From IMG/VR virus record IMGVR_UViG_3300025099_000028, positions 1-54,514 of that record: a DNA stretch of 54,514 bases; one strand, given 5' to 3'. Made by a program: the position numbers and the translations under genes. Below the pieces are notes generated by a model, which saw nothing but the letters and a program-made list of their open reading frames with translations, was not told the origin of the DNA and made no database searches. The DNA comes from a virus. Lineage: Duplodnaviria; Caudoviricetes. Shown here piece by piece: positions 18,190 to 28,479 of the stretch. Each line of letters starts with the position of its first letter. Within the stretch, counting starts at the first letter, position 1.

Positions 18190-21100
18190 GTGCCGAAAAA
18201 AAGCCTAAAAATAGATAAATTTGAAGGGGGATTAGTAAATCACTACAACTCTCGAGATATCCCTGATAACTCTCTAGTAGAAGCACAAGATGTTATGGTA
18301 GATATATTGGGCAAGATACGTCTTATGGGATCTCATAATATATATGTTGATGGAGATCTTCCTTTAGATAATTTATTGGCTCAATGTTCTCCTGGATATG
18401 GATTATATGCATTTTCTGCCGATTACAATATGGCGGATGAAAGTGAAGAAATAGAAATGCTAGCCCTACAAAGGGCTGGGTCTATTGGGATATTTGATAG
18501 AACATTAAATTCAGATCAAATTATCCTCACAAATGATAATAGCCCTAGCATGGGACACAAATGTAAGCCAACATTCTTTTATATTAATGGAGCATTAAGA
18601 GTATCAGACGGGTATATTGAAGATGTAGATTCTGCAGGGGCTCAATCTCATGATGAGATAGATAATAAATGGTTTGGATATATAAATAGGACTTTATTTC
18701 CAGGGCTAGCTGAGCCGGATCCCACGGTAGATAGGAATTTAGGTTGGACTGATGAGATTCAAGAGTTGGTTACTCCAGCAGCAAGTGCATTAGCATCTGC
18801 GACAACCCCTGCTGCAGGAAGCTTAGGTATAGTAACTTCATGGGTTACAGATAATTCAGAGGGGGAATGGCATAGCGGCCAATTGGATACTTTAACATTC
18901 GGATATTCATGGCTATATGATGATGAAAAGCAAGAATCTAAGATAGTCCTGTGTACCGGATCAGATAATGTAGATGGGACTGAAGACCAGGCATTAAGAT
19001 TACAAGTATACATTAATAATACAGACTTTTCTGGTGTTCCCAATAGAGTAACTGGATTTAGAATTTACTGGATGGGTGAAGGTGGTGATTTATTTGAAGA
19101 TCCATTCCAATTAGCTGAGGGGAGTTTTGTTGATGGCACTATGACAGGGCATAATAATACTGTTGTTAATTTTTCAGTCAGCGGTGATTACTATATAACT
19201 CCGGCAGCAGGAAGTGCTTTAACCTTGCCAACCCAGCCAGCATTAACTTTTAGATTAGTTAATGGATATAAGCATGATGTAGACTCTATTATAGCTAGGT
19301 ATAAAACTGCTGTAATAGCTAATGGAGTAGCTTACATTGGGAATTTACGGCAAAATGGTAGAAACTATCATGATCGAATGATTAAGTCTGCAATTGGTCC
19401 TGATGGAAAGGGATTCTTTGATGTATTCCCTTCTGATAATTTCTTAGATGTAGCCGTACAAGATGGGGATGCAATAACCGCATTAGAGGAATTTTCCGAT
19501 AGATTACTACAGTTTAAGCGAAAAAGCTTATATATTATTAATATCTCTGGAGACTTTGAATATATAGAGGCTCATCATCTTCATATGGGAGTAGATAATG
19601 CCTCGGCTGTAACAAAAGTAGCAGAAGGAATAGCATGGGTTAATACTAGTGGATGCTATCTTTTTAATGGCGAGGGGGTTATTAATCTTATTACTAATAA
19701 AATTAATCCTTTTGAATGGAAAAAGTTTATAGGTACTACTGGAATGATTGGCTATATTGGCACAAGACAGCAACTTGTTATTGCAGGGACCTTTAGTGCT
19801 ACAGAGGGGCCTCAAGATATATACATATATGATATTCGGACAGGATCGTGGACTATTGGAAGAGATAAGCTTCCTTCTAATACTAAATCAAATTTTATTA
19901 GCAGCTATAAAAATACATTATTGTTTGCATCAAATGATACTAATGATGAAGAATCTCTAGATATAAGGACTCTTTCTGCAGTAACATCCTATATAGACGG
20001 AGTATGGGAAATTCCTGATTTAGAAAATCTTGACTTTATAAATACTACATTAAATATTAATAGTATTCCTGTAACTAATACTTTTTCCTACTCTAACGAA
20101 GGGGCAGACCAAAGCCCCCAAGAAAAAATAGCTACTGAAATCGCTACTGGGCCTTATAGTAATAGACTTAACTGCAATCCAAGTGGGAATCCACTGCCTT
20201 TAGTTGTTACTATGGATGGCCATTTAACTGATGATTGTAGTGATAATATATCTGGTCCGATGGTCTTTAGCGTCCCTCCTGTTAGGTCTGCTGCAACTCA
20301 AGTTTTTACTGGATCTTTAAATCAAAATATTAGCAATACTTCAGGCAGCCCAGATTCATCAACTATGGATTTTACATTAACTGCATTGTCTGATTTCGGT
20401 GATAGACCTCACTTTGCTGCGGTAACAACAGAGCAGGGATATAGTGACACGACTAATGGGCAAGAAGTGCATATAGAGATGGACTGGGGAGCTGCAATGT
20501 GGAACGGAAGTGTCCAGAATAGCTCTAGAGATGGCTATTATGTGGCAGAGGGATCAGGTTATTGGTGTGGATTGCGTGCTGCAAGACAGGATGGATATTA
20601 TCTGCGAGCAATTCAGCCTGGTAAAACGTCTGGTATAAAATTATCTGGATTTACTTATACTACTTCTTATTTGGGAAATACTATAAATTCCTCTTTATTG
20701 AATGACTCTATGTTTTATCCAGTATTACGTTTTGATGAAAACGGTGGGGGTCAGGGTGAAGAAATAGTAAGGGCCGGCATGCTTCAGGCTGTGAATATGA
20801 CATGGGGTGCATATGCGTCTCTATATACTGCTGCTCATAGGGTTCAACTTTGGGGGATAATAACTGAGGATATTGGTTTAGGATATGGAGATAAGATTGT
20901 AGACGATAATATTGATTCAGATCTTGGATTTCAGATGAGCTCTTTAAGGCTAGATAGTATGTTCGAGCCAATTAATAACGATTTTTTACTAGCTATATCT
21001 TTTCCTCACCAAGTCGGGGGAGATATAGCCTCTCAATATACAAACACGGGCAATTATTACGATGTATGTGTATCTATTGCTGCCGTAGGTACAGAGTGGA

Positions 21101-22401
21101 CGTTAACAATCACAGGGACTGATTCGATCGTAAATGAAAAAACCCTTATAACTGTTGCTAGCTATATAGATGACTGGGGGGCTGCGTGGAACTCCCCATA
21201 TTTTGATAATAATGGAGGTGGTAGTCTAGATTATTATAGGGATCAATATCTGACAAATGGTCAAGCTTGGTATAAACCTCATACAATTATAGTAAAAGAT
21301 GCTAATCATACCCCAGGACTTGATTGGTCTCCTCTAGAAGATATTGAAAAGTCTCAAACCTATCATGAATCATACACAATAACTAGTGCTGCGGGAAGTT
21401 TTACTGTGGAGCCCCCTAATACCGTAAGTCTTCCAAGTGAAGGAGCAGGAGGAAGAAAAATTATAGTTCCTAAAAGAGGTGCAGCACAGGATGGGGGGAT
21501 TGTTTTTAAGGCTACAGTCGAATCTTCTTCTGGAGTGGATACAGACTTAATCTATACTACTAATACTGATGACAATCCTTTAGAAATAGTAGAGGGATTT
21601 GACCAGGCGATTGCAGGAGAGAATACGAGCGATATGAATATTACAAGTGCTACTAAGGTTGAAGTAACCGATCTAAATATAGATGTTAAAGTTGATACTG
21701 GTGTCTATACTATAGAGGGGCCTGGACTTATTGCTGCAGGATTTACAGATGATATGGAAGTAGAATTAGTAGCTGGCGCAACTGGTGCTGCTGGCAGTAA
21801 TGATGGCAGTAGGTTCTTAATAACAAAGGTAGAGGCTACCGCATCGAGCGATGATATATTAACTATTAATCCAGCTGTCAATAATCCTTATAGCGGACTG
21901 TCAGCGCCTGCAGCACAGGATAACAAACATTATGATCTTAAGGGTGGAGCTATAATTATTGAAGATATGCCCCCACAGCCTAATAGCTCATCAGATTTTT
22001 CAGTTACAGGATCGGTGGAAAGTGGTAAAATAATTCTGCATGAGTTTACCAATAGTTCACATGATGATGAATTGTCAGTTAATAATACTTCCAGTGAAGT
22101 TAAAATTTTAACAAAAGAATTTGATTTTGGAGATTTAACTAAAAAGAAAAATATTATAGCACTATATATTACTCATAATAATCATGATAAGATAAAGGTT
22201 CAGTATATCATCAATAATGAGGCATCTGAAGAGATATCTCCTGAGGTTGTAGGTTCAAATATTAATATGCATACAGTAAAATATCCAATATTTGCAAAAA
22301 ACATTAGAACATTCCAAGTCTTATTAACTTCTAGAGAATCTATAACTAATTATGAGATAAACGATATTTCAGTTGTGTATAGAGAAAAACCTTCCAGATA
22401 A
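18190..22401 (+). CDS. tail nozzle/stabilisation protein (P22 gp10-like beta-propeller) with large insertions
   Basis: F.GGL N-terminus, DRMIKS, DGDAITAL..F.DRLLQFK, TKEFDFG and C-terminal I.DISVVYR motifs. Confidence 0.75.
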   Translation: MPKKSLKIDKFEGGLVNHYNSRDIPDNSLVEAQDVMVDILGKIRLMGSHNIYVDGDLPLDNLLAQCSPGYGLYAFSADYNMADESEEIEMLALQRAGSIGIFDRTLNSDQIILTNDNSPSMGHKCKPTFFYINGALRVSDGYIEDVDSAGAQSHDEIDNKWFGYINRTLFPGLAEPDPTVDRNLGWTDEIQELVTPAASALASATTPAAGSLGIVTSWVTDNSEGEWHSGQLDTLTFGYSWLYDDEKQESKIVLCTGSDNVDGTEDQALRLQVYINNTDFSGVPNRVTGFRIYWMGEGGDLFEDPFQLAEGSFVDGTMTGHNNTVVNFSVSGDYYITPAAGSALTLPTQPALTFRLVNGYKHDVDSIIARYKTAVIANGVAYIGNLRQNGRNYHDRMIKSAIGPDGKGFFDVFPSDNFLDVAVQDGDAITALEEFSDRLLQFKRKSLYIINISGDFEYIEAHHLHMGVDNASAVTKVAEGIAWVNTSGCYLFNGEGVINLITNKINPFEWKKFIGTTGMIGYIGTRQQLVIAGTFSATEGPQDIYIYDIRTGSWTIGRDKLPSNTKSNFISSYKNTLLFASNDTNDEESLDIRTLSAVTSYIDGVWEIPDLENLDFINTTLNINSIPVTNTFSYSNEGADQSPQEKIATEIATGPYSNRLNCNPSGNPLPLVVTMDGHLTDDCSDNISGPMVFSVPPVRSAATQVFTGSLNQNISNTSGSPDSSTMDFTLTALSDFGDRPHFAAVTTEQGYSDTTNGQEVHIEMDWGAAMWNGSVQNSSRDGYYVAEGSGYWCGLRAARQDGYYLRAIQPGKTSGIKLSGFTYTTSYLGNTINSSLLNDSMFYPVLRFDENGGGQGEEIVRAGMLQAVNMTWGAYASLYTAAHRVQLWGIITEDIGLGYGDKIVDDNIDSDLGFQMSSLRLDSMFEPINNDFLLAISFPHQVGGDIASQYTNTGNYYDVCVSIAAVGTEWTLTITGTDSIVNEKTLITVASYIDDWGAAWNSPYFDNNGGGSLDYYRDQYLTNGQAWYKPHTIIVKDANHTPGLDWSPLEDIEKSQTYHESYTITSAAGSFTVEPPNTVSLPSEGAGGRKIIVPKRGAAQDGGIVFKATVESSSGVDTDLIYTTNTDDNPLEIVEGFDQAIAGENTSDMNITSATKVEVTDLNIDVKVDTGVYTIEGPGLIAAGFTDDMEVELVAGATGAAGSNDGSRFLITKVEATASSDDILTINPAVNNPYSGLSAPAAQDNKHYDLKGGAIIIEDMPPQPNSSSDFSVTGSVESGKIILHEFTNSSHDDELSVNNTSSEVKILTKEFDFGDLTKKKNIIALYITHNNHDKIKVQYIINNEASEEISPEVVGSNINMHTVKYPIFAKNIRTFQVLLTSRESITNYEINDISVVYREKPSR

Positions 22402-24293
22402 TGGCTAGAAATTCCAGAGAGCTTCAGCATTTAAAGTCGTCTAGGACTACAACCAAGAAAGGGATTCCTCGTCATGATGAAGGTTCTGATGGAGATCTTA
22501 CTCTAAGGTTAACTAATACAGGGCTGAAGTTATTTGCTAAATATCAAAATAGATGGTATATAGTTGGTGAGTATATGAAAGAAGCTGTCTTAGACGAAAG
22601 AAGAATGTCTCACCATCAAGTTCATGCGCAATCTCCGGCATCACTTACTCGCAATGGAGATTTAAGTCTTCAAAGCGGAAGGGCTGTATCTTTTGATGGA
22701 GATAAGGGAAAGGTAAGTATTGGTGGCGATCCTGACACATCCGGGAACAATCGTGATATTCTAGTAAAAGTACAATCTGGAGCATTGAAAATAGAAGATG
22801 ATGGCGTAGCAACTGGTACTCCTCAGTTGCTACTTAAGTCTAACAGTGATACAGGGTCAGGAGGATTTTTAGGTTTTATTAAGGACAGAGATGGAGTTGG
22901 AGGCACTGCAAATGATGATGGAGATACCATTGGAGGTATAATATGGCAGGGTTTCGATTCGGCCACTCCACCTAACCCAACACAATTCGTGAATATATCT
23001 GGATATGCTTTGGATACCACTAGTGACACTGAGGCGGGGAAATTAATGCTTAGTGTAGCAACAAAGACTTCGGGAGGTTCTACTATTGCCGATGGCATTA
23101 TACTATTAGGCTCAGATACAAACAATGAAGTAGATGTATCAATTGGGAAGGGGACAGCATCTATGACTACTATTGCTGGGAACTTAGATATAGATGGGAA
23201 TAAGATAACCTCAGCAGGAGCATTAGAAATAGAGACTGGTGGGAGTGGTGGTTTAACTTTAGATGTCGCTGGCAATGTAACAATAGATGCTGATGGTGGC
23301 TATGTATATATTAACGATACTTCTCCAGCAGCTTTTAGCCCTTCTCTTTGGTTAAAATCAACTGATACTGGAAATGAAGGCCCTTATATTTTCTTTCAGC
23401 AAGATACTAGTGATAATAGCCCGGCTGCAGGCGATGTATTAGGTGGGCTTGCATTTTATGGAGATGATGTTGGCGGTGCTATTACTAACTATACAAGCAT
23501 ACTATCTAAAATTTCATCCACTGCAGCTGGCGCAGAAGAAGGTCAAATGATCTTTATGTGTGTAGCTGGTGGGGCCATTCGTGAAGGCTATAAGATGACA
23601 GCCAATGGCAGTAATATTGATGTTCAAGTTGGTTATGGGGCTACCTCTACAACTACTATAACAGGTAATTTAGATATAGATGGGGCAAAGATTACAAGTG
23701 TAGGGGCTTTAGAGATAGACCCAGGTGGACAATTATCCGTTACAGGTCAAGACATGAGTGTTGACTCAACTAAAAAAGTTATATTTGGAGATGCTGGTGA
23801 ATATATAGTTGGGGACGGAACTGACTTGAATATTGTTTCAAGTGGGCATGTAGAGTTTGATGGTTGTGGAGTAGGGTTTGATAAGGAAACTACAGCATTT
23901 ACTGCTGCTGCTGTAACATCTGAAGGTAATGATTCAACTGATATTGACTTTAGACTTGGAAATAAGCATGAATTAACACTTTCTGATAATATTGCAGGAT
24001 CAGGCGAGCATATAAATATGATATTCCCAGCTACTTCAGGTAATTTTATATTAGCATTAATACAAGATTCTTCTGGGAGTCGAACAGTTCATAGTGATGG
24101 ATGGAAGGCTTATGCTTCTGATGCAAGTTTATGTGATAATACTTTAGGGGCAAATGGTACAGATGGAGAGGTAAGATGGCCAGGAGGAACCGCTCCTACG
24201 TTAACAACAGGAGCAAGAAAAACAGATATAATTTCAATATATTGGGATGCAGATAATCAAACTGCTTGTTGCGTAGCGAGTTTAAATTTCTAA
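22401..24293 (+). CDS. tail fibre/spike with an internal duplicated module
   Basis: Gly/Ser/Thr-rich; C-terminal QDSSGSRTV..W...WPGGTAPTLTT...DII fibre-tip motif. Confidence 0.75.
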   Translation: MARNSRELQHLKSSRTTTKKGIPRHDEGSDGDLTLRLTNTGLKLFAKYQNRWYIVGEYMKEAVLDERRMSHHQVHAQSPASLTRNGDLSLQSGRAVSFDGDKGKVSIGGDPDTSGNNRDILVKVQSGALKIEDDGVATGTPQLLLKSNSDTGSGGFLGFIKDRDGVGGTANDDGDTIGGIIWQGFDSATPPNPTQFVNISGYALDTTSDTEAGKLMLSVATKTSGGSTIADGIILLGSDTNNEVDVSIGKGTASMTTIAGNLDIDGNKITSAGALEIETGGSGGLTLDVAGNVTIDADGGYVYINDTSPAAFSPSLWLKSTDTGNEGPYIFFQQDTSDNSPAAGDVLGGLAFYGDDVGGAITNYTSILSKISSTAAGAEEGQMIFMCVAGGAIREGYKMTANGSNIDVQVGYGATSTTTITGNLDIDGAKITSVGALEIDPGGQLSVTGQDMSVDSTKKVIFGDAGEYIVGDGTDLNIVSSGHVEFDGCGVGFDKETTAFTAAAVTSEGNDSTDIDFRLGNKHELTLSDNIAGSGEHINMIFPATSGNFILALIQDSSGSRTVHSDGWKAYASDASLCDNTLGANGTDGEVRWPGGTAPTLTTGARKTDIISIYWDADNQTACCVASLNF

Positions 24294-24841
24294 TGGCTTT
24301 TAAAGACACAACATTAACCTTTGAAGATGATAAAATCCTAACTGATGATGGTGGAGAGGTTATGATGTCTTGGGAAGCTTCAATAATGGAAAAGAGTGCT
24401 GAATATATATGCCATAATAGTGGAGATGTTTTAGAGATAGGTTTTGGTATGGGTATCTGTGCTGATTATATACAAGCACAAGGAGTTAATTCACATACTA
24501 TTGTTGAGATACATCCACAGGTTATTGAAAGGTTAAATACGTGGGCAAGTGGTAAATCTAATGTTACTGTAATAGAGGGTGATTGGAATAGTGTTAGTGG
24601 ATTAGGAACTTATGATGGAATATTTATAGATACATTTGGTGATGATGATTGGTTTAGTTTTAAAGACTTTGCTACTTCAAAGGCTAAATCAGGAGCAAAG
24701 ATAACTTATTGGAATAACTTTACAGATAATAGAAATGAGCATAATTTTGATTCTGTTAGTTTTGAAAACATATCAGTAACACCTGATGATAACAGTTATT
24801 TTACATCAAATACTTATAATATGCCAAAGGTAGAACTATAA
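24293..24841 (+). CDS. class I SAM-dependent methyltransferase, GAMT/Rmt2-like
   Basis: VMMSWE..IM, VLEIGFGMG, HTIVEIHP, GDW, YDGIFIDT; start ATG 24293 coupled to the upstream stop. Confidence 0.85.
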   Translation: MAFKDTTLTFEDDKILTDDGGEVMMSWEASIMEKSAEYICHNSGDVLEIGFGMGICADYIQAQGVNSHTIVEIHPQVIERLNTWASGKSNVTVIEGDWNSVSGLGTYDGIFIDTFGDDDWFSFKDFATSKAKSGAKITYWNNFTDNRNEHNFDSVSFENISVTPDDNSYFTSNTYNMPKVEL

Positions 24842-25518
24842 TGGCTACGATATATGCACATGCAAATGATGGATATGTAGTAAGATATAATCAATCAAGT
24901 TGGTCTGATGCAAGAGCAAATACAGCTGGAACAAGTGCTAGTAGTACTGGAAGTGGTTATTTTTCAGCAATCCAAGCAGATAGAACTGCTGCAAGAGGTG
25001 GTGGGTATGTTTTTTCTATTAGAAGGTCTTTCTTTTTCTTTGATACATCAGGAATATCAGCAAATGTAGATAGTGCAACATTAAAAATTCGTGGTTATAG
25101 TCAGGGAGGAGGAGATTTAATTGCAGTAAAATCAAATTCAGATATAGAAACATTAGGAACAGCAGATTTTGGGTCAATAGTAGGTTGGAATACAACAACA
25201 GATGGAAGTGGTGGGGGTGATAATGAAAGCAATGTCACTAAATATTCTAGTGAAATAACAAGTTGGAGTACATCAGGTTATAATGATATAACTTTAAATG
25301 CACAGGCATTGGCTGATATGAGAGATGATGATACTGTTTATATATGCCTACTTAATTATGATTATGACTTAAAAGATGTAGCACCAATAGGTTATACTTA
25401 TCATAGAAATGGGCTGTATTATACAAATTATACAGGAACAAGTAGAGACCCATATATAGACTATACAGTAGCAGTAGCAAGTACAGACAACGCAATATTT
25501 TTTGGAACAAATTTTTAA
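24841..25518 (+). CDS. putative tail-associated beta-sandwich protein
   Basis: RSFFFFDTS.I...V.SATLKI...DPYI.YT motif typical of carbohydrate-binding appendages. Confidence 0.6.
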   Translation: MATIYAHANDGYVVRYNQSSWSDARANTAGTSASSTGSGYFSAIQADRTAARGGGYVFSIRRSFFFFDTSGISANVDSATLKIRGYSQGGGDLIAVKSNSDIETLGTADFGSIVGWNTTTDGSGGGDNESNVTKYSSEITSWSTSGYNDITLNAQALADMRDDDTVYICLLNYDYDLKDVAPIGYTYHRNGLYYTNYTGTSRDPYIDYTVAVASTDNAIFFGTNF

Positions 25519-25576
25519 TAGTTGGAAAAATATACAATAAAGAATTATATTACAAGCATTTACCAAGGAGTAATAG

Positions 25577-26284
25577 ATGAGTAATGCATTAAACGCAAGT
25601 ATAGCAAACGCTTGGTTCTCAGCAGATATAGCCGCGAATAAGTTTGAGTTATACAATTTAAAGCGTGAAAAAGAAAAAGAATACCAGACTGTATTAGATA
25701 GCGTAACAGATGCTCAAGAAAGCGCTGCGAAAGGTGAATCAGATGCTAGTTTATTTGGGAGTATTGTTGGGGCTGCTATAGGATTTTATGTTGGGGGTCC
25801 TGCAGGAGCTGTTAGTGGTTGGAAAATTGGTGGAGGCGTTGGTGAATTTGGGTATGATATTACTCATGATGAAAGTGACTTACAGTACTTAGAAGATGAA
25901 ATTGCTGAATTTGATTGGGACTTAGGACAAGTTGGAGATAGATATCAAGCATTAGAATCTGCGAAGTATGAAGATACAGGTGAGGACTTGAACAAAAAAA
26001 CAGCTAAAGCTTTTGATGATTGGCAAGATGATTTCTACGATCCATGGTATGAAGATTTAATCAATGATGTAGCTATCCCTATTGCTAGTCAATTTACTAT
26101 GAGTCAAATATCCGGATTTGTAGATCAAAATATTATGGGTAACTTAGGGTTGGACTGGTATGATGACATGATGTTACCAAAAGATATGGCTAATATTAAT
26201 CCAAACACAGGATTGCCTTATGTATATAGTACTGAACCTACTGGGTCTTCTTTATTTTCACACTATTATACCGGGGGTATATAA
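25577..26284 (+). CDS. internal virion/ejection protein with Gly-zipper segment
   Basis: LFGSIVGAAIGFYVGGPAGAVSGWKIGGG. Confidence 0.65.
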   Translation: MSNALNASIANAWFSADIAANKFELYNLKREKEKEYQTVLDSVTDAQESAAKGESDASLFGSIVGAAIGFYVGGPAGAVSGWKIGGGVGEFGYDITHDESDLQYLEDEIAEFDWDLGQVGDRYQALESAKYEDTGEDLNKKTAKAFDDWQDDFYDPWYEDLINDVAIPIASQFTMSQISGFVDQNIMGNLGLDWYDDMMLPKDMANINPNTGLPYVYSTEPTGSSLFSHYYTGGI

Positions 26285-27324
26285 TGAATCAAGCAGAATG
26301 CGAAGCACAAGGAGGTGAGTGGTTTGGCCCATCAGGTGACTGTAATATGGAAGGAGATCCTAATGTAGGGGGGACTAACGATACAACAGATGAAGGAGAT
26401 AGTACATTAGAAGGAGGAACCTTCAACAATGATTGGCAATTTGAAGGATTAGATCTAGACGATATTGAACATACACCTACAACCTGGGAGACAGGCTCTT
26501 CATGGAATGTTACTGATGAGTTCTTAGCTCAAGATGGTATACACACCTTTAATTCAGAAGAAATATTAGCATGGCTTGGACAAGAAGGTTTTGGAGACGA
26601 TATAACACAAGCACAGTCTGATTACATGCAAACATTTGGAGATATTGGGGAGCATTTAGCATTTGATCAGTCTCAAATTGATGAACTCGGTATTGGCTTT
26701 GCTATGCAAGAAGATGCTATGGTTAGTGAGTATGCAGCATGGGAAGAAGGAGCTCATGCTATGCTATTTGGAGAGGGTTGGAATGCAAGTATGGGTTCAG
26801 ATGCAATAGGTGGTGCGATAGGTAACATGAAAGCCTTAGCTCAACAAGAGTTAGATGCATTTGAATTAGCCAATACAGAGCGTAGAAGCCAGGAAAAGAA
26901 AGCTACTGCAGATTTAAGGCGATCAGCATTACAAGGTCTTGCCACAACAAGGAGAGCATCAGCTAGAAGTGGGATATCTTCTGGGATGGGGTCTACAAAA
27001 GGATTAGATAGTTTTGTGAGTAAATCTCGAGAACAATCAGTAGGGTCTAGAGCTGCACAAAAAGACTATTTAGCCTCTGTAACTTCTATTGAAACACAAC
27101 GAAATTTTAATGTTCAGTCAGCTATAGATACTTTTACAAATGAGCAAAGTGCTAAACGATTGGCAAATGAGAATGCAATGACGCAGATGAACTATGATTT
27201 TGCAGCACAAGCTTCTTCTGCATACGATGACTGGTATAGTAGTCTAGTTGGAATGGCGGGGGCTTACTTCCAAACTGCAGCATCTGATGGTGAAAATTTC
27301 GATTTATTTGGAACAGGAGGATAA
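26284..27324 (+). CDS. internal virion protein
   Basis: acidic N-terminal half, Ala/Gln helical C-terminal half with ARSGISSG. Confidence 0.6.
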   Translation: MNQAECEAQGGEWFGPSGDCNMEGDPNVGGTNDTTDEGDSTLEGGTFNNDWQFEGLDLDDIEHTPTTWETGSSWNVTDEFLAQDGIHTFNSEEILAWLGQEGFGDDITQAQSDYMQTFGDIGEHLAFDQSQIDELGIGFAMQEDAMVSEYAAWEEGAHAMLFGEGWNASMGSDAIGGAIGNMKALAQQELDAFELANTERRSQEKKATADLRRSALQGLATTRRASARSGISSGMGSTKGLDSFVSKSREQSVGSRAAQKDYLASVTSIETQRNFNVQSAIDTFTNEQSAKRLANENAMTQMNYDFAAQASSAYDDWYSSLVGMAGAYFQTAASDGENFDLFGTGG

Positions 27325-27325
27325 G

Positions 27326-28402
27326 ATGTCTACTTATACAGACTCACAATCAGATTTATTTTGGGATCCATTTGCCTCTCATTGGGAGCAATTAGGCTTT
27401 ACTGGGGCAGATGAAGTTTATGAGCGTTATGGAAAATTATTTCCTGGATATGACCCGCATGAAGAGAATATGTTATACGCGCAAACTGATGCTCAGACTT
27501 CTGGAGAATTAGCGGCCTATAATTTAATGGCCTCTAATGAAAGCAATCGAATAGCTCTTAATGTAGAAAATAGACAGACTATGTCTGAACTTGGTCTAGA
27601 TAGTTTATATAGAAATCAAGGTGCTAATGAGGAATTAAATTCCTTAAAGAAAGACTCTATTACAAGAGCTGCTATTGAGTCTATTGATAAAGCTAAATCT
27701 GCTGCAGGTCGATCTGGATTGAGTTCTGGTTCTATGATGAGTAGTATGGATATGGCTGTTGATACTGTTAAATCAAAGATTAATGCAGCTAATGCCTCAC
27801 AATCATTTTCTCGTAAAAAAACAAATCAATCTATTGAAAATTTAAAGGCTAATGTTGGTTATTTAGACGCTAACAGAAACTGGGTACAAGGTTCACAAGG
27901 GAAACTAGAGCAATTAAAATCAGAAACCAGTTTAGGTATGGCAAATCTTAAAATGGAGAATAGACATGGTATTAGAGATTTTGATACTGAAATGAAGGCT
28001 GGCGACATGTATGAAGCATGGCAGCAAGATATTATTGAGTCTGTAGGGAAAATGTTTAGAATGGATCCACGTGGAGAGAATGCAACAAACTGTACGGATA
28101 GTTATGGTGAAGGCGCTTGGGATGTTGCTACAGCGACATGTACAGGAGCTCCTCCTCCTCCCGTTAGCTGCTATGAAGCTTGTATAAATGCCGGTGGACT
28201 TCCAACGCATTGCGGGCAAGATTGTGCTGAGGAAGAGGCGCAACAAGATCAAGGTGATGCTTCTGGAGATGATTATGATTCAGGCTATGGCGATGAAGGA
28301 GATGAACAAGGAGGTGGTGATTGGGATTATGGTGACTCTGACTATGATGACTATGGTGACTATGACTATGGCGATGAAGGCGATTATTATGACGGCCCTT
28401 GA
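27326..28402 (+). CDS. internal virion protein with Cys-rich and DYGD low-complexity tail
   Basis: start ATG 27326 after GGAGG; GRSGLSSG segment like the previous gene. Confidence 0.6.
   Translation: MSTYTDSQSDLFWDPFASHWEQLGFTGADEVYERYGKLFPGYDPHEENMLYAQTDAQTSGELAAYNLMASNESNRIALNVENRQTMSELGLDSLYRNQGANEELNSLKKDSITRAAIESIDKAKSAAGRSGLSSGSMMSSMDMAVDTVKSKINAANASQSFSRKKTNQSIENLKANVGYLDANRNWVQGSQGKLEQLKSETSLGMANLKMENRHGIRDFDTEMKAGDMYEAWQQDIIESVGKMFRMDPRGENATNCTDSYGEGAWDVATATCTGAPPPPVSCYEACINAGGLPTHCGQDCAEEEAQQDQGDASGDDYDSGYGDEGDEQGGGDWDYGDSDYDDYGDYDYGDEGDYYDGP
28322..28392 (+). repeat. degenerate GAYTATGGY/GAYTAT short tandem repeat encoding DYG/DY
   Basis: gattatggtgactctgactatgatgactatggtgactatgactatggcgat. 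Confidence 0.6.
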
Positions 28403-28479
28403 TGCTTGTTTGGTGGCGGGTAATCAATACTATAGTAGAAAACCTATCAAGATAAAAGATAGAAAAAGGAATTATTAAT

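Noticed and set aside
27310-27328. C-terminal GG on virion proteins (…GTGG, …TGGI, JAB …GGIY) as extra Ubl-like substrates
   Set aside because: Best explained by GGAGG/GGGGG SD sequences of the next gene overlapping the last codons; no beta-grasp pattern.
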